A stretch of DNA of 63,494 bases, counting the filler, from Choristocarpus tenellus KU-1152 (Eukaryota > Protista > Phaeophyceae): the NCBI GenBank assembly GCA_964200185.2. It is 7 parts of 7 records of this genome, joined end to end, with 100 filler letters (N's around TTAATTAATTAA, not from the genome) between each part and the next. Parts side by side here need not be neighbours in the genome. Positions count along the whole stretch, not along the records: positions 1 to 17,636 come from CAXNAD020000644.1; 6 more parts are not named here. One strand, 5' to 3'. Position 1 is the first letter of the stretch; every line of letters begins with the position of its first letter. A program made the position numbers and the translations under genes. The notes under the pieces were generated by a model, which saw only the letters and a program-made list of their open reading frames with translations, did no database searches and was not told the DNA's origin. Positions 1 through 11,700 of the stretch are shown piece by piece.

Positions 1-321
1 CTTGTATACCCTGTCCAATTTGGTGCACTCCATGCCTTTCTCGTTGGAATATATCAGGCGGTAAGCAATACTTATCTTGAATAACCTCTCCACAATTACT
101 CTGGACAGCCCCCCTTAATCCTTAAGACTGACAGAAATGTTGTCTCTCATTCCAGGCAAGGTATAGTCACAATGGCCTCGTACCTAGTGCTTCGTCCGCC
201 CCCAGAACATCTCTATCGGGTTCAATTCACTGTGGTACTTTGGAAGCATCAAGCAGTGTCCTCCAAGACGCTCAACCAGAACCTTAAGGCTCGGTTCTAC
301 CACCTTGAAATTTTGGTGGTC
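1..321 (-). pseudogene. Decayed Tc1/IS630-like DDE transposase, C-terminal part
   Basis: The minus frame reads [57 protein letters not shown]. This matches the LPKFHCELNPIExxWG.K..R..C.YT signature of IS630/Tc1 DDE_3 transposases. It has two in-frame stops (TAG 184-186 and TAA near 115) and is cut upstream by the foldback element. Confidence 0.85.
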
Positions 322-633
322 ACCAATCTTGAGCTTTTTTAAAGGGTTGCCCAACGAGTTAAACGACAATGAGCATATCAAATGAAAGCTCTGGATCCAA
401 GCTATCACTGGTCCTAAGGAATGTTTTCGAAAAAATATTTTTGGTCGTGATAATTCATTCCGGAGCATTTCCAAGGTTGTGCCGAAACCATTGGACTAAA
501 ATATAACCTTACCAAAAACTTTTCCGAAAACATTTCTTTGCACCAGTGATAGCTTAGATCCAGAGCTTCCATTTGATATGCTCATCGTTGCTTAACTCGT
601 TGGGCAACCCTTTATAAAAAATCAAGATTGGTC
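322..633. mobile_element. Foldback/MITE-like element with ~125-bp imperfect inverted repeats
   Basis: 322-445 (accaatcttgag..aaagggttgcccaacgagttaa..gctatcactggt..gaatgttttcg) is the reverse complement of ~510-632 (..cgaaaacattt..accagtgatagc..ttaactcgttgggcaacccttt..tcaagattggt). Confidence 0.8.
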
Positions 634-1879
634 TCATCCTAGGGGCGACTGCTAATACTGTAACATCTATGAAACTCAGTCTCACCCACTACTTATGTGG
701 TGGAAGAATTTAGTCTCGTTGTTCTTGACCCGTTATGGAAAGAACCATCGAGCCTTGTACCAATTTTTGTATATAAAATATGTGAGGGACAAGTTCCTTT
801 TTTGGGATCTCCCATAAACACATTTTGTGTATATAGCGCGCGGCTATATACACATGCGCACGCCAACCTCGTCATTGAACTTACCCATATCGACCAGTCC
901 ACAAAACCAGACACACCCTTAAGATCTGGATTTGACCAAACAGGCAGAAGGACTGTTAGAATGAAGACTCCATTCCGATTCTGACTGATCCATTTTCCTG
1001 CTCTGACATTGCCCAGTCATTCTGTGACATCTGTTGTGCACTAAGGCTTTGGTTCTGTTCTGAATTTCCTCAACTGACTTTGAGATGCTGGGCCAAGACT
1101 TGTGAAACTGGATCTTTTCCTCTGTGGTGGAAGAGTTCAGTCTGGGTGATTGTGATTGTACCATTTTACAGAGAGCCTTGGCGCCTTGACACTTCCACAG
1201 TGGTACTCACGCCGAGTGTTCAAGGGGGCTAACACACTTTCATATTATGTTTGACCAAACCAAGATGTAACAGACACAGACCACTTCTAATCCCAATTCC
1301 AATCCCGATTCCATTTCCAATTCCATTTCCATTTCCACTTCCACTTCCACCAGCAACGAGAAGGCCTCTGTAAGGAAAGGGAAGAAGAAGACAACCACCA
1401 GCGCTGCAACTGAAGGAGGTAAAGAGGGGGGTACTACTAACACTCAACCTCTACCAGCTCCTGTGTCTACACCTGTAGACAAAGGCACCCCTGGTGGCTC
1501 GCTTGAGGAAGAAGGGGTGACGGAGCAGGGGCTGAGGGAAGACCCTACCCGTAATCTGGACCTAAACCGGTTTGGTGTGCTGGCAGATGACCAGGAGGAG
1601 ACAGGCAGAGGCAGTACGATGGAGACATTCGATATCCAAACATACATGGATCGACAGCTTGTCTATGCCAAGAAGATTTTGTTGATGAGGCGATTGGTGG
1701 GACTTCTCATGACCAAGGCTTAGTGGCGGCTGCCATGCAACGTTGAACATGAAGATGGGTACAAAAAGTGTGGAGTCCAATAGTTTTTCTACTTATGATG
1801 CATTTAATTCAAGTCACCATATCATTAAATACCCAATGCGTTATTGGATGTGCAAAGATGAGACCAAGTAGCACAAAAT

Positions 1880-2666
1880 TGACTTCGAAAAAGTTGTGTA
1901 CCTCGACAGATGCTCTCGTTTTGGCAAAGGAGAATCATTCGCTTCCCATCCGGGAATATGTTATTACAGGTTATCCTCGATTTTAGGTGGTCGGGGCAGA
2001 AGACCCATTGCTTCCTCCAGATCATGCACACATATCCATGCGTAGCCATTGTGAGTGCGGTCCTCTTCAGGCACCTCGCCAATATCAATACCTAAACATT
2101 TAGCTTTATCTGGCGACATCAATACCCACAGATCCATGTATTCACTTTACTCGAAGTACCACTGGAGGTACTCCTCCTTTTGGTACTGGAGGATGTCATC
2201 ATGGTCATGTCCATTGAAATACAAATCGGATTTTCCGCCATGGTAAGCAAACCGAAGCTTTACCAACCAAGTGGTCGCTGTCGAGAGGCTGATAAAGGGT
2301 TGACGATCCTGCCCTTCACCTACCATGTTGAACTTCATCCCCTTGAAGGTATCGAACTTGTCCGTCTTCAGCTTCGCCACCTTTGGCACGACTGTGTTGT
2401 TGATGTAACTGACGGAAATTCTCCGCGGTCATATTGGCCTCCGCACTCTTTCCTTCTCTGTATTCGTGCACCCATTCTTTGACGTCAGCAAGGATGTCCT
2501 CGTCAAGGTCCAGAACGAAATGCCTCTTGTAGCAATCTTGCTCCAACACCTTGATGTGACCCTTAGTTAGGAAGTCTCTCTCCCATCTACTCACAGTTTC
2601 CGCTCTGACCATTGCATATCCTGCCGCCATCTCGAGCACCGTTTGACGGTATTTCCTGTTGTTCAT
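1880..2666 (-). pseudogene. Decayed Tc1/IS630-like transposase, N-terminal/central part
   Basis: Frameshifted ORFs 2316-2666 and 2147-2389 give TVSRWERDF.. and ISLSTATTWLVKLRFAY..KSDLYFNGHDHDDILQY, similar to the TAxxWLxxLGF..KGxYxDGHExxDVxxYR motif. MILLCQNESIC near 1910 resembles the HDES first catalytic motif. Stops and frameshifts are present. Confidence 0.7.
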
Positions 2667-2764
2667 ACACAGGTGTAGAATTCACAGTGCTAGAACCGAT
2701 ACTATCACCTTTCCCCGTTGAGCGCCGGAAATGGGCGTTGTCCATGTTTCCTGGGCGGGTGAAT

Positions 2765-3213
2765 GAGTGAACGTATCGTAGAGGGTACGAATTTTGCCCT
2801 GTTTGTCCATTTGGGGCTTGGCTTCCAATGTTTTTTTTAATGACATTTTCCTACTCCAAAATGTTTCGGAGTAGGTAAAATGTGTATTTTATGAAAAGGT
2901 GTGTCCAGAACAAGGATGGTGACACTTCCCAACAAGCACCACAGCCAAAATTAGAGTGACAGTATCTTAGAGGGTATGAGTTTTTCCATGTTTGTCCATT
3001 TGGGGCTTGACTTCCCACGGGTTTTTAATGACATTTTATCTACTCCAAAATGTTTCGGAGTAGGAAAAAAGTGAATGTTATGAAAAGGTGTGTCCAGAAC
3101 ATGGATATTGACACTTCCTAACAAACACGATGCCCAAATTTAGATCAAAACCGCAACATTGGATTTTTTGACCCCAAATGGACGCGGCTCTACTCTCTAA
3201 GTTACTTTGGCTC
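2765..3213 (+). mobile_element. MITE family A: 5'-part copy (2765-2953) followed by a full copy (2954-3213)
   Basis: Termini are GAGTGA(C/A)AGTATCTTAGAGGGTA and TACTCTCTAAGTTACTTTGGCTC, with the internal hairpin ctactccaaaatgtttcggagtag. The same sequence recurs at 4297, 4799, 4881, 5982 and 14136. Confidence 0.85.
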
Positions 3214-4296
3214 TTTATACGTCCAACCCAAGTCCAGGAACAAAAGTGAATGTACGGCATCTTGCAAGAAGCGGGAGGCACCAAACCACCGGTGTGCAAA
3301 TAGACTCAATATCACCTCCTCTTCTTCCCTGACGTCCTCATCGATGGCTACCTCCATCTGCTTCGCAACCTCTTCGAAGCAAATAATTTGGTGGTAGCGA
3401 AAGTCTCCGCAGCTGCCTTGGCTACAGTCGCTTCCTCCTCCGCCTTGTGAGCCCTTTCGATCTTCTTTTGGGCTTCAGAGCTCTTGTACCCCAACCCTAA
3501 CACCTTCTTTCTCGTCTCCTTAAGCCACTCCGGCTTGCATAGAGCTTCCAAACAGCCAGGGCCTCCTGTGACTATCGATTTCTAAGATATTATACACTTC
3601 GGGTTTCGCTTTGGCGTTTCCTGAGCGCAATGGCAAACAGCCACACTGCTCTCTTCCCCAACCTTCCCTTCGGTCGGCCACCCTGGTTCTCGCTTTGCCC
3701 GCCGTGACCAGCCTTCCCTACAGACTCCGTCCCTGTACCACCTAGTGATGGACTCGCTGCTCTCTTCCTGCTTTCGTGAGGTGGCAGAGACTGCAGAGCA
3801 GTGCTCTGCAGCCGTTGAAGATCACACCACGTTTGTGTGGCAATGCTCTACATGCATCTTCTATCAGCATCAATGTCGCGGCCGCGTAGTCCTTTGCACG
3901 ATTAGATCATGCTGCTGTGCCACAGCACTTTCTCGTCACCTAACGTCGCACTGAGTGTCACACGCTACTAGTTTTTCTGTCGCCTCTCGACAGAGAAGTA
4001 GCAGAAGGTAGATCCAGGGGGCAGAGTGGCCTCGGCGGCTCTCCTTCTCTCACTGTCATGGCTCATGTCGCTATGTGGGTCATGCATGTGTGTACTCACA
4101 GAAAGTGGTCACACATGTGTGTGCTCATAGCCTGTCTGCACATTAATGCTGAAAGGATATGTCCGCAAATCTTGCTCTTTTTTTTTGGATTGCCACAAGC
4201 ACCATATTTGGACAGTGGGCTAACTCTCATTAGTTTATAGCAGGGAGTTCAGTCAACCACTCCATTTTTGTACCTTTATAAAGTTCTAACCGTCAA

Positions 4297-4552
4297 GAGT
4301 TAAAGTATCTTAGAGGGTATGAGTTTTTCCCTGTTTGTCCATTTGGGACTTGACTTCTCTCGGGGTTTTATGACATTTTACCTTCTCCAAAATGTTTTGG
4401 AGTAGGTAAAATGTATACGTTATGAAAAGCAGTGTCCGGAATAAGGATATTGACATCTCCTAACAAACATAATAGCCAAAATTACATCAAATTGCAACAT
4501 TGGATTTTGACCCCAAATGGACGAGTCTCTACCCTCTAAGATGCTTTGACTC
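4297..4552 (+). mobile_element. MITE family A, full copy, TSD CAA
   Basis: caa|GAGTTAAAGTATCTTAGAGGGTA...TACCCTCTAAGATGCTTTGACTC|caa; 256 bp. Confidence 0.9.
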
Positions 4553-5420
4553 CAAAGTTGTGCCACAGATGTTCCTCCAAAAATCTAACAAGTCCCTCCT
4601 TGCCCATCTCCCTGGTGACTCCAGCTTTAAACGCATGACACGACTAGACAGGGCCACCTGCGTTGTTACAGAGACTACTTGACATAGGCGGGATTTGTCC
4701 GCCCCTTTCCTGCTGTAGTCTCCAGTTCCTCTCCGTTCTATCGCGTAAGTAGCTAGCTCATCCAGGAAACTTTCCGCTTGCTTACCGAGGTGCCAAAAGA
4801 GCGAAAGTATCTTAGAGGGTACGAGGTTTGCCCTGTTTGTCCAATTGGGGCTTGACTTCCCATGCTTTTTTATAATGACCGAGTGAAAGTCTCTTAGAGG
4901 GTACGAATTTTGACCTGTTTGTCCGTTTGGGGCTTGGCTCCCCATGGGTTTTTTATTTTCATTTTCTACTCCAAAATGTTTCGGAGTAGGTGAAATATAT
5001 ACGTTATGAAAAGGTGTATCCGGAACAAGGATATTGACACTTTCTAACATACACGATAGTCAAAATTGCATCAAAATCGCAACACTGGATTTCGACCCCC
5101 AAAAGGACACGACTCTACCCTCTAAGATACTTTGGCTCACAGTTTCCTCCTCCAAAATACTTCGGAGTAGGTAAAATGTGTATGTTATCAAAAGATGTGT
5201 CTAGAACAAGGATATCGACACTTCCTAACAAACTTAGGGTCGATAGCCAAAATTACATCCGAATCGCAACATTGGATTTTGGGCCCCAAATGGACACGGT
5301 TCTACCCTCTAAGATACTTTGGCTCAAAACTTCATACCGTGAATGTGTTGAAGTTGTAACTACGAGGATCAAAGGAGTCCTTGTAGTGGGTCGGCTTTTG
5401 CGCCTCAGCTGCATATACCA
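4553..5420 (-). pseudogene. Remnant of the RLE (restriction-like endonuclease) C-terminus of a non-LTR retrotransposon (CRE/R2-like), split by MITEs
   Basis: Removing MITE 4799-5325 and one 3-bp TSD gives the continuous frame YAAEAQKPTHYKDSFDPRSYNFNTFTV*SFWHLGKQAESFLDELA...RLCQVVSVTTQVALS. This resembles the AE..K..KY...F.P..VE.FG.LG..A..FL..LA...L.Q.LSV.LQ pattern of RLE domains. Confidence 0.65.
4799..5325 (+). mobile_element. Nested MITE family A: full copy 4881-5138 inserted inside another copy (4799-4880 + 5139-5325)
   Basis: The outer copy has both TIRs and AAA flanks. The consensus aatgacattttcctactcc is broken exactly at the inner copy (aatgacc | acagtttcctcc). Confidence 0.85.
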
Positions 5421-5981
5421 TTAAAAAACATTCGCTATATCTACTCTGTTAACCTGTTTTGTAACGACTGAAGTGGAGCAACAATATTACGATATTTCCA
5501 ATTTCTAGTTTGTTGTATGTGTCCTCTACATGTGGTCATTTTTCAGTTTCTACTTTATTGCTGTACCTATTTTGCACCCGCCAAAGAGGACCTACACCTG
5601 GGCATATTTCCAATGTCACCTGGGTTCACATAGATCGTCCACTAATACCCCACTTCCCACCATCCTGTGCATGTGGCTGATGACGAAATCCAACTTGTTA
5701 ACTTTCTGCTGATCTAAGAGGACTGGCTTAATCCACTACTAGGCCTTTGCCACCTTCTCATGATTTCACATATCCCACAACGAGGCAAGGAGAACCCAGC
5801 TTTGGGCGCCCATTTGTGGAAGGATGTTCGATGCTGATGAGACATTCCAAACTTTGAGTTTATTTCTATAGTTGCCCCATGAACCCTTGCGGCACCGTAC
5901 AAGGTCCATGCCTTCACCCTGTGTTATTTGGCTGTCATAGTCCTTCAGATGACGGAACACAATGATTCGGGAAATTCTTAA

Positions 5982-6239
5982 GAGTGAAAGTATCTTAGAA
6001 GGTACGAGTTTTCCCATATTTTTCAATTGGCGGCTTGGCTTCCCACGGTTTTATTATATCATTTTCCTACCCCAAAATGTTTCGGAGTAGGTAAAATATG
6101 TATGGTATTAAAAGGTGCGTCCAGAATAAGGATATCGACACTTCTTAACAAACGCAATAGCCCAAATTAAATCAAAATCCCAACATTGAATTTTGATCCT
6201 TGAATGGACGCAGCTCTACCCTCTCAGATACTTTGACTC
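5982..6239 (+). mobile_element. MITE family A, full copy, TSD TAA
   Basis: taa|GAGTGAAAGTATCTTAGAAGGTA...TACCCTCTCAGATACTTTGACTC|taa. Confidence 0.9.
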
Positions 6240-6699
6240 TAAAATCCTCAGCGATGGCCCCCGCCGCCTCCCAAGGCACCTGAGTCTCGCACCCTCTCAC
6301 CTCCAGGCATTGTGCCACCACGCTGTTCTTCATCGGGGTGTTATAAGTCCTGACCCCGGACAGACTTCTGGACCAAAGAATTGAAACCTATGGGCGACAA
6401 TGGGATGAGTGTGCCACTTGAAGAACAAGGGACTTCATCCTAGACATCTCAACAAACACCTGCTGTTAGAGCATTAGTAAACCCCTTTGCCTACCAAGCA
6501 GATAGTCAGCTAATGTTCTAACACCCGCTTTGACAGTTTTGAACCCAGTCAAATGCAACTTGGTCGACTTCGCACTGGTAATTCTCTACAGTCATGGCAT
6601 CCCACCAGCTCAAACTGTAACATAACTTTTGCAAGTCCAGTTAATTCTGAGCAGAGGGAGTATCTTTTTGGTACCTACGAAGTAGGGCCTACATTTCGA

Positions 6700-7550
6700 T
6701 GTTTTTCCATTGCTATGCTGTATACCTTTCTTCTTTTTTTGGAACTGCTGAAGAGAACCTACATGTTCCGAGATATTCTATGTCTACTCCACTGAACCTG
6801 TTGTGCAACTGCTGAAGAGGAGCTGCAATGCGGGATATTTTCGTTTCTGGCCTGGTATACCTATTTTGTATCTACCTAAGAGGAGGTACACCAGAAGATT
6901 TTTCCATTTGTACTGTCGTACCTGTATTGTAGCTGCTGAAGAGGAGATGCAATGCAGGATATTTTCGTTTCTGGTCTGGTATACCTATTTCGTAACTACC
7001 TAAGAGGAGCTATACCAGAAGATTTTTCCATTTCTTTTGTTGTATCTGTATTGAAACAGCTGAAGAGGAGCTTCTTTTAGAACATTTTCATTTCTACCCT
7101 GTTGAACATGATTTGTAACTGCCCAAGAGGACCTACATTATGGACATTATTTATCAACTTCAACCCTGTTACTCAGTTGTACCGTACCCATTTTGTATGT
7201 CAAAGGACACCTTCATTTGGATAGCCTTAAATTTCTACACTGTTGAACCTGTTCTGTAACTGTCAGAAAGGAGCTACATTTCAGAGCATTCTCTGTTTCC
7301 ACTTTATAGTGCGTGTATTGTAGCTGCAAAGGAGGAGTTGTATCACCAGACTCGCCCATTTGTACTTCGTAGAAATTATTTCAAGAGTGCCAAGGATACA
7401 CTGCATTTCAACATTTATATACTTCGAATCTGTTGTACCCTTTTGGCAAATGCTCTGGAGGAGGTGTACACCACGAGAATTTCCCACTTCCACTTTGTCG
7501 AAGCTGTTTCATAATGCCCAAAAAGGACTGCATTTTCAATTTATTCCACA
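6700..7550. repeat. Degenerate ~62-bp satellite with 124-bp dimeric higher-order structure
   Basis: The anchor aagagga recurs at 6751, 6815, 6878, 6939, 7002, 7063 and 7125. Alternate units are near-identical (6815/6939 and 6878/7002). Related units occur at ~5430-5620. Confidence 0.8.
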
Positions 7551-8727
7551 TCTTACCCAATCCAACGAGTTGGAGTCATTGATCGTATCATGTTGATACA
7601 ATATTAAACCTAGATGTCCAACTGGTGACAGAGAGTAAGTCACTGTTGAACATACTATAATTCACTACATGCCAAATACTCAGAGCATCATTATTTTTCT
7701 CACACAACGAAAAAGGGAAACAAAGTTTGCAGAAGACCAAGTATGGTCCATTTTCTATTACCAAGTTTTCAGCCCGCAAGAATTACCCCAAATGAAACAC
7801 GAACATGCTGCTTCTACCAGTAGAGTGTTTTGCCCTAGCCTTTGAAAAAAATAATGTTTTAGTGAGATCATGGGGAAGAAAAGAAAACACAACAATGAGG
7901 TATGAACTGGAACCTGATATTTTCATTTGTTTCCCCTGGAGTCAATCCCTCAAATTTTTCCTGCACCTGTTGCTTTCTTAGTAAGGCAACTTCCCCACCT
8001 CCAAAGCATAAAGTGTTTTTCATTATTGCATATTTTGTCCAACACACTGAAATCAAGACCAATTCACCTCCCAACATAACCAGTGACTACAAGCAACACC
8101 TTACCATGTGCCCACACCTTCAGGGCAATGCCAGGCTAGCTATCATGGCACATGCTTACTGCTTTGATCGATAAACAAATCAAGCTTTGCTATTCTGCCA
8201 ATAGTGCGCTCCAACAAGTTCATTTGAATTCCTCAAGTCAGTGCAGGGGGTGGTAGTATGGGCACCACCTTCTCCATAATATAATTTTGACATCACAAAG
8301 ACTCCACACACTATTTCAATACAAAGTAGTTGCTTCCCAAGCTGCAGACAAGCACCCTACAGCAATCTTACACACCTACAAGTTAAGGTGCCTCCAATAA
8401 CAACCGATCAAAAAGGCAGCAAATCTCAGCAAATTAAGAGAAACGCTTCACTGTTGCCACGTGGGAGGGAAGGGATCCCCCCATGTCAGCCTTTTTGAAA
8501 AAAAATGGTTCCCCGCAAAATATGTTGACGCCATCTTGGTCCAGACAAACCACAGATTGCAGGACTACTGACGCAAAAGGTCAACTATCCTTCATACAGA
8601 CAAAAGCCTCAAGAACATAGGCTACCTCACGCCCAACCCCAACCATTGTGATTATTCCAACTTGGCAATCAGGGAAGACACACAACATGCCTGTTGGAGT
8701 AACCAGCAGACGCCACATTTAATTGCA

Positions 8728-11700
8728 CTACTCTCCTTCCTCCTCCTCCCCTCCCTCATCTTCCTCAATGTTGTCTTGCTCCTCAGCACCCCCACCCTCC
8801 TCCTTCTCCTCCTCCTCCTCTCCTCCTCCCACCATTTTCCCATTGCTCTCTCCATTTTGATGTCCATTTTCATCACCATCATCTTCTTCCAACCCCCCAT
8901 TCTCTTCCTCCCTCTTTTCCTGTTTCACTTCCTCACACTCCTTCTCCTTGGTCTCATCTCTACCTTCATCATCCTCCTGTACTTTTGAAGGTGAACCAGA
9001 TCGACTCTTCTCCCTCCTGCTCTTCTTGTTCTCCTTCATCTCCCTCCCCTGCGATGACTTTGATCTACTTCTACCCCTCTTCCTTGACTCCTTGCTATGA
9101 GACCTTGAATAATGCCTCCCTCCATCTCTAGAACGACTTCCATCCCCGTAGTCACGGTCCCGATCTCTTTCCCGCCCCCGACCACCATCCTTGTCGTTTC
9201 GATCTCTACCCTTTGACCTGGACCAAGACCTTTCCCGGCTAGAACGTCGGCGATCACGTCCCCCACTGCTGTTTGAGAGTGACCTAGATCTGCTCCTTTT
9301 AGCAGCCAAGGATGGATCTTCTTTGAGACTGAGGGTCTCGCCCCTGAACACAGTATCATCCAGTTTGGAGATAACATGCTCCATTTCATCCCTGGAGTTG
9401 AACTCCACAAGGCCTTCTCCTCCAGTATAAATTTGGACATAACCGGGTTCTGCATATTTGCGAAAGAGGCTTTTGACAATAGACCAATGAAGCAGTGGGA
9501 AGCAGCAAGGAGAAGTGATAAATGTCAACACCATTCTATGCCATGTGATGTACAATTTGTAGAATCATCAACACAGTTTGTCCTATGGAATGCAAGCACT
9601 CCACCCTACCAACTTAATCTGATAAACTTGAGACCTACATAGGGTACAACCAGCCAAAATGATGTTGGTCAACAAGCAAGTTGAATTGCAGGTAGTTTTT
9701 GTCTTCTTGTACTATGCTCCTACCAGTAATATGTGAGAATTAAATTAGTTATCAAACTTTCTTGGTTCAAAAGATTCAGATATTTTATGGGCTTATATCG
9801 TAGAAGAGGAATTGGAAAGAACACAAGCACTACTATGATAGTACAGAACCCATAAACTAACCATACCACCCAAAAATATAAATTGGGTTTTCACAACATG
9901 AACACTCAACACTATGAAGAACAAAAACCAGCCTCAGAATACTTAGTTGACCCATATACCATAGTCATGCTTAGTTCTCCAATGGAGGCCTGAAAACTTT
10001 AACCTTACAATGCCTCCCCTATCAGAACTGGGTTAAATCCCTTGAAGACAAATCCCTCCCACCTGCTCGCCTTAGAAGAAACTAGTCTAGATACCTTCAG
10101 TAGGTGTTGCCCTTTCCTCTGTATGGCATTTTTCTATCCTACTTGGTGTTAGTCATGCCAAATAGGATATATTGGATGGAAATAATCACTTGCGTGCGAT
10201 AGACAGCTTAGATTTCTCAACTTAGTTGGCGTAGCAGTCGTGCAAACTACCCAGTCACCAGGATTATACTATTGTAGTATTTTGATTACAAGTTGTACCA
10301 TCAACAGACCTTTCTTCTGCAAATCCAGTCCATAATGGGCAGACACATCACCTATGCTTACCCCCACCTCTGCCCAAAACATCCCTCCTAACCTTTTCAG
10401 ATCCTGCCATGACGTGCCAGCCTTGAGGCCACTTATGAGTACCCTGTAGTCAGTACGTCTAGGACCCTTCTTCTGGGAATAGCGGTCAGGTCCACCTCGC
10501 AGGCCCCTTCAATCAGTCGGTGGTATTTTGAGTTAGAAATGGCTACATGCATTGTATCATAGTGTCAAGAGTGCATCAGTACTGACAGACCAAGATTTGT
10601 AAGTTTAGTACATGCTTTCACAGCCGAGTCACAATCAAGAAATTTCAAAAGAGTTTATTGGTTAGAAAGAGAGGGTCAAAGTCTACCCCTTACACATACT
10701 GCCTGACAATACATTTTGGTCTGACTCATTCCAAGTAGGCACAACAAAATCGATAAAAATATGATGCAACCCTAAGAGACAGGGTGGTGCATTTCTAATC
10801 TTCGACAAAATGATACACAGTGAGAGTCTAACCTAACAGGTTTCGACCTTTCACTATCGGACAAGTAGTAGCTTGATTAGCCTTCTCAGAATAATTACCT
10901 GTGCAACTAGCAGTTACCAGGGTATCTCAGTTTCAAAGGACCTCAATTTAGATAGGAGGTGGCATAAATCCATAGAGCAGATCAGATCTCTTATTCTTGT
11001 GTCTGAAGTTCATAGGCATCAATTCAGGCCCGGAAAATTCATCCCCTGTAGTTCTTTTCCTCCCTTAATGGATGATGTACAAGTTAATTGGATAACTCGG
11101 AACCTTTAGAATAATGGATTACGGCAGAGACTCTTCAACTGAGATTTCACAGGGATAACAAAAACTATGAAAATTAAATCATCATACAATAATACACATA
11201 CCAGTGGCACTGTCTGTGACGCTGTTAAAGATATCTGTAATTCAGGATCCTGGGTTCCATCAGTTTCTACTAATGTAGCACTTGCGATCAAGTCCAAGCA
11301 ATTCTCGGCAAAGCATGCTATCACTTCCACACACCTGCATAGGCAACTACTTTCCTTCTCAAGGCAGCTTACCCTACCTAACCCTAGGAGAGAACCCCAT
11401 CCCCAAAGATGACCAGAGCTCGTGATGTCGGACATCCACATCTCGTGAACTTTGGACCAGGAAATTTTTATAACAAAAAGGTACTGAAAAAAAAACAAAA
11501 TTCTTGTACAACGTCGAAGACAATACATTGTTTGCATCCAATGCCTGTGTGACCCCAGACCTACTGCATGTACCACCAACTTAAAGATATCAAGTCTTTC
11601 TTCTTCCCCACCAGGAAAGTAAACATAGTCAAACCATCTGCAACTTGCCAAACTTGTTGACAAATCAATGACTTCCACCAACCAGAGACGGGGGGATCGG

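Noticed and set aside
4529-5050. 173-aa ORF
   Set aside because: It is a chimera of MITE sequence read through into the retroelement remnant, not a gene.
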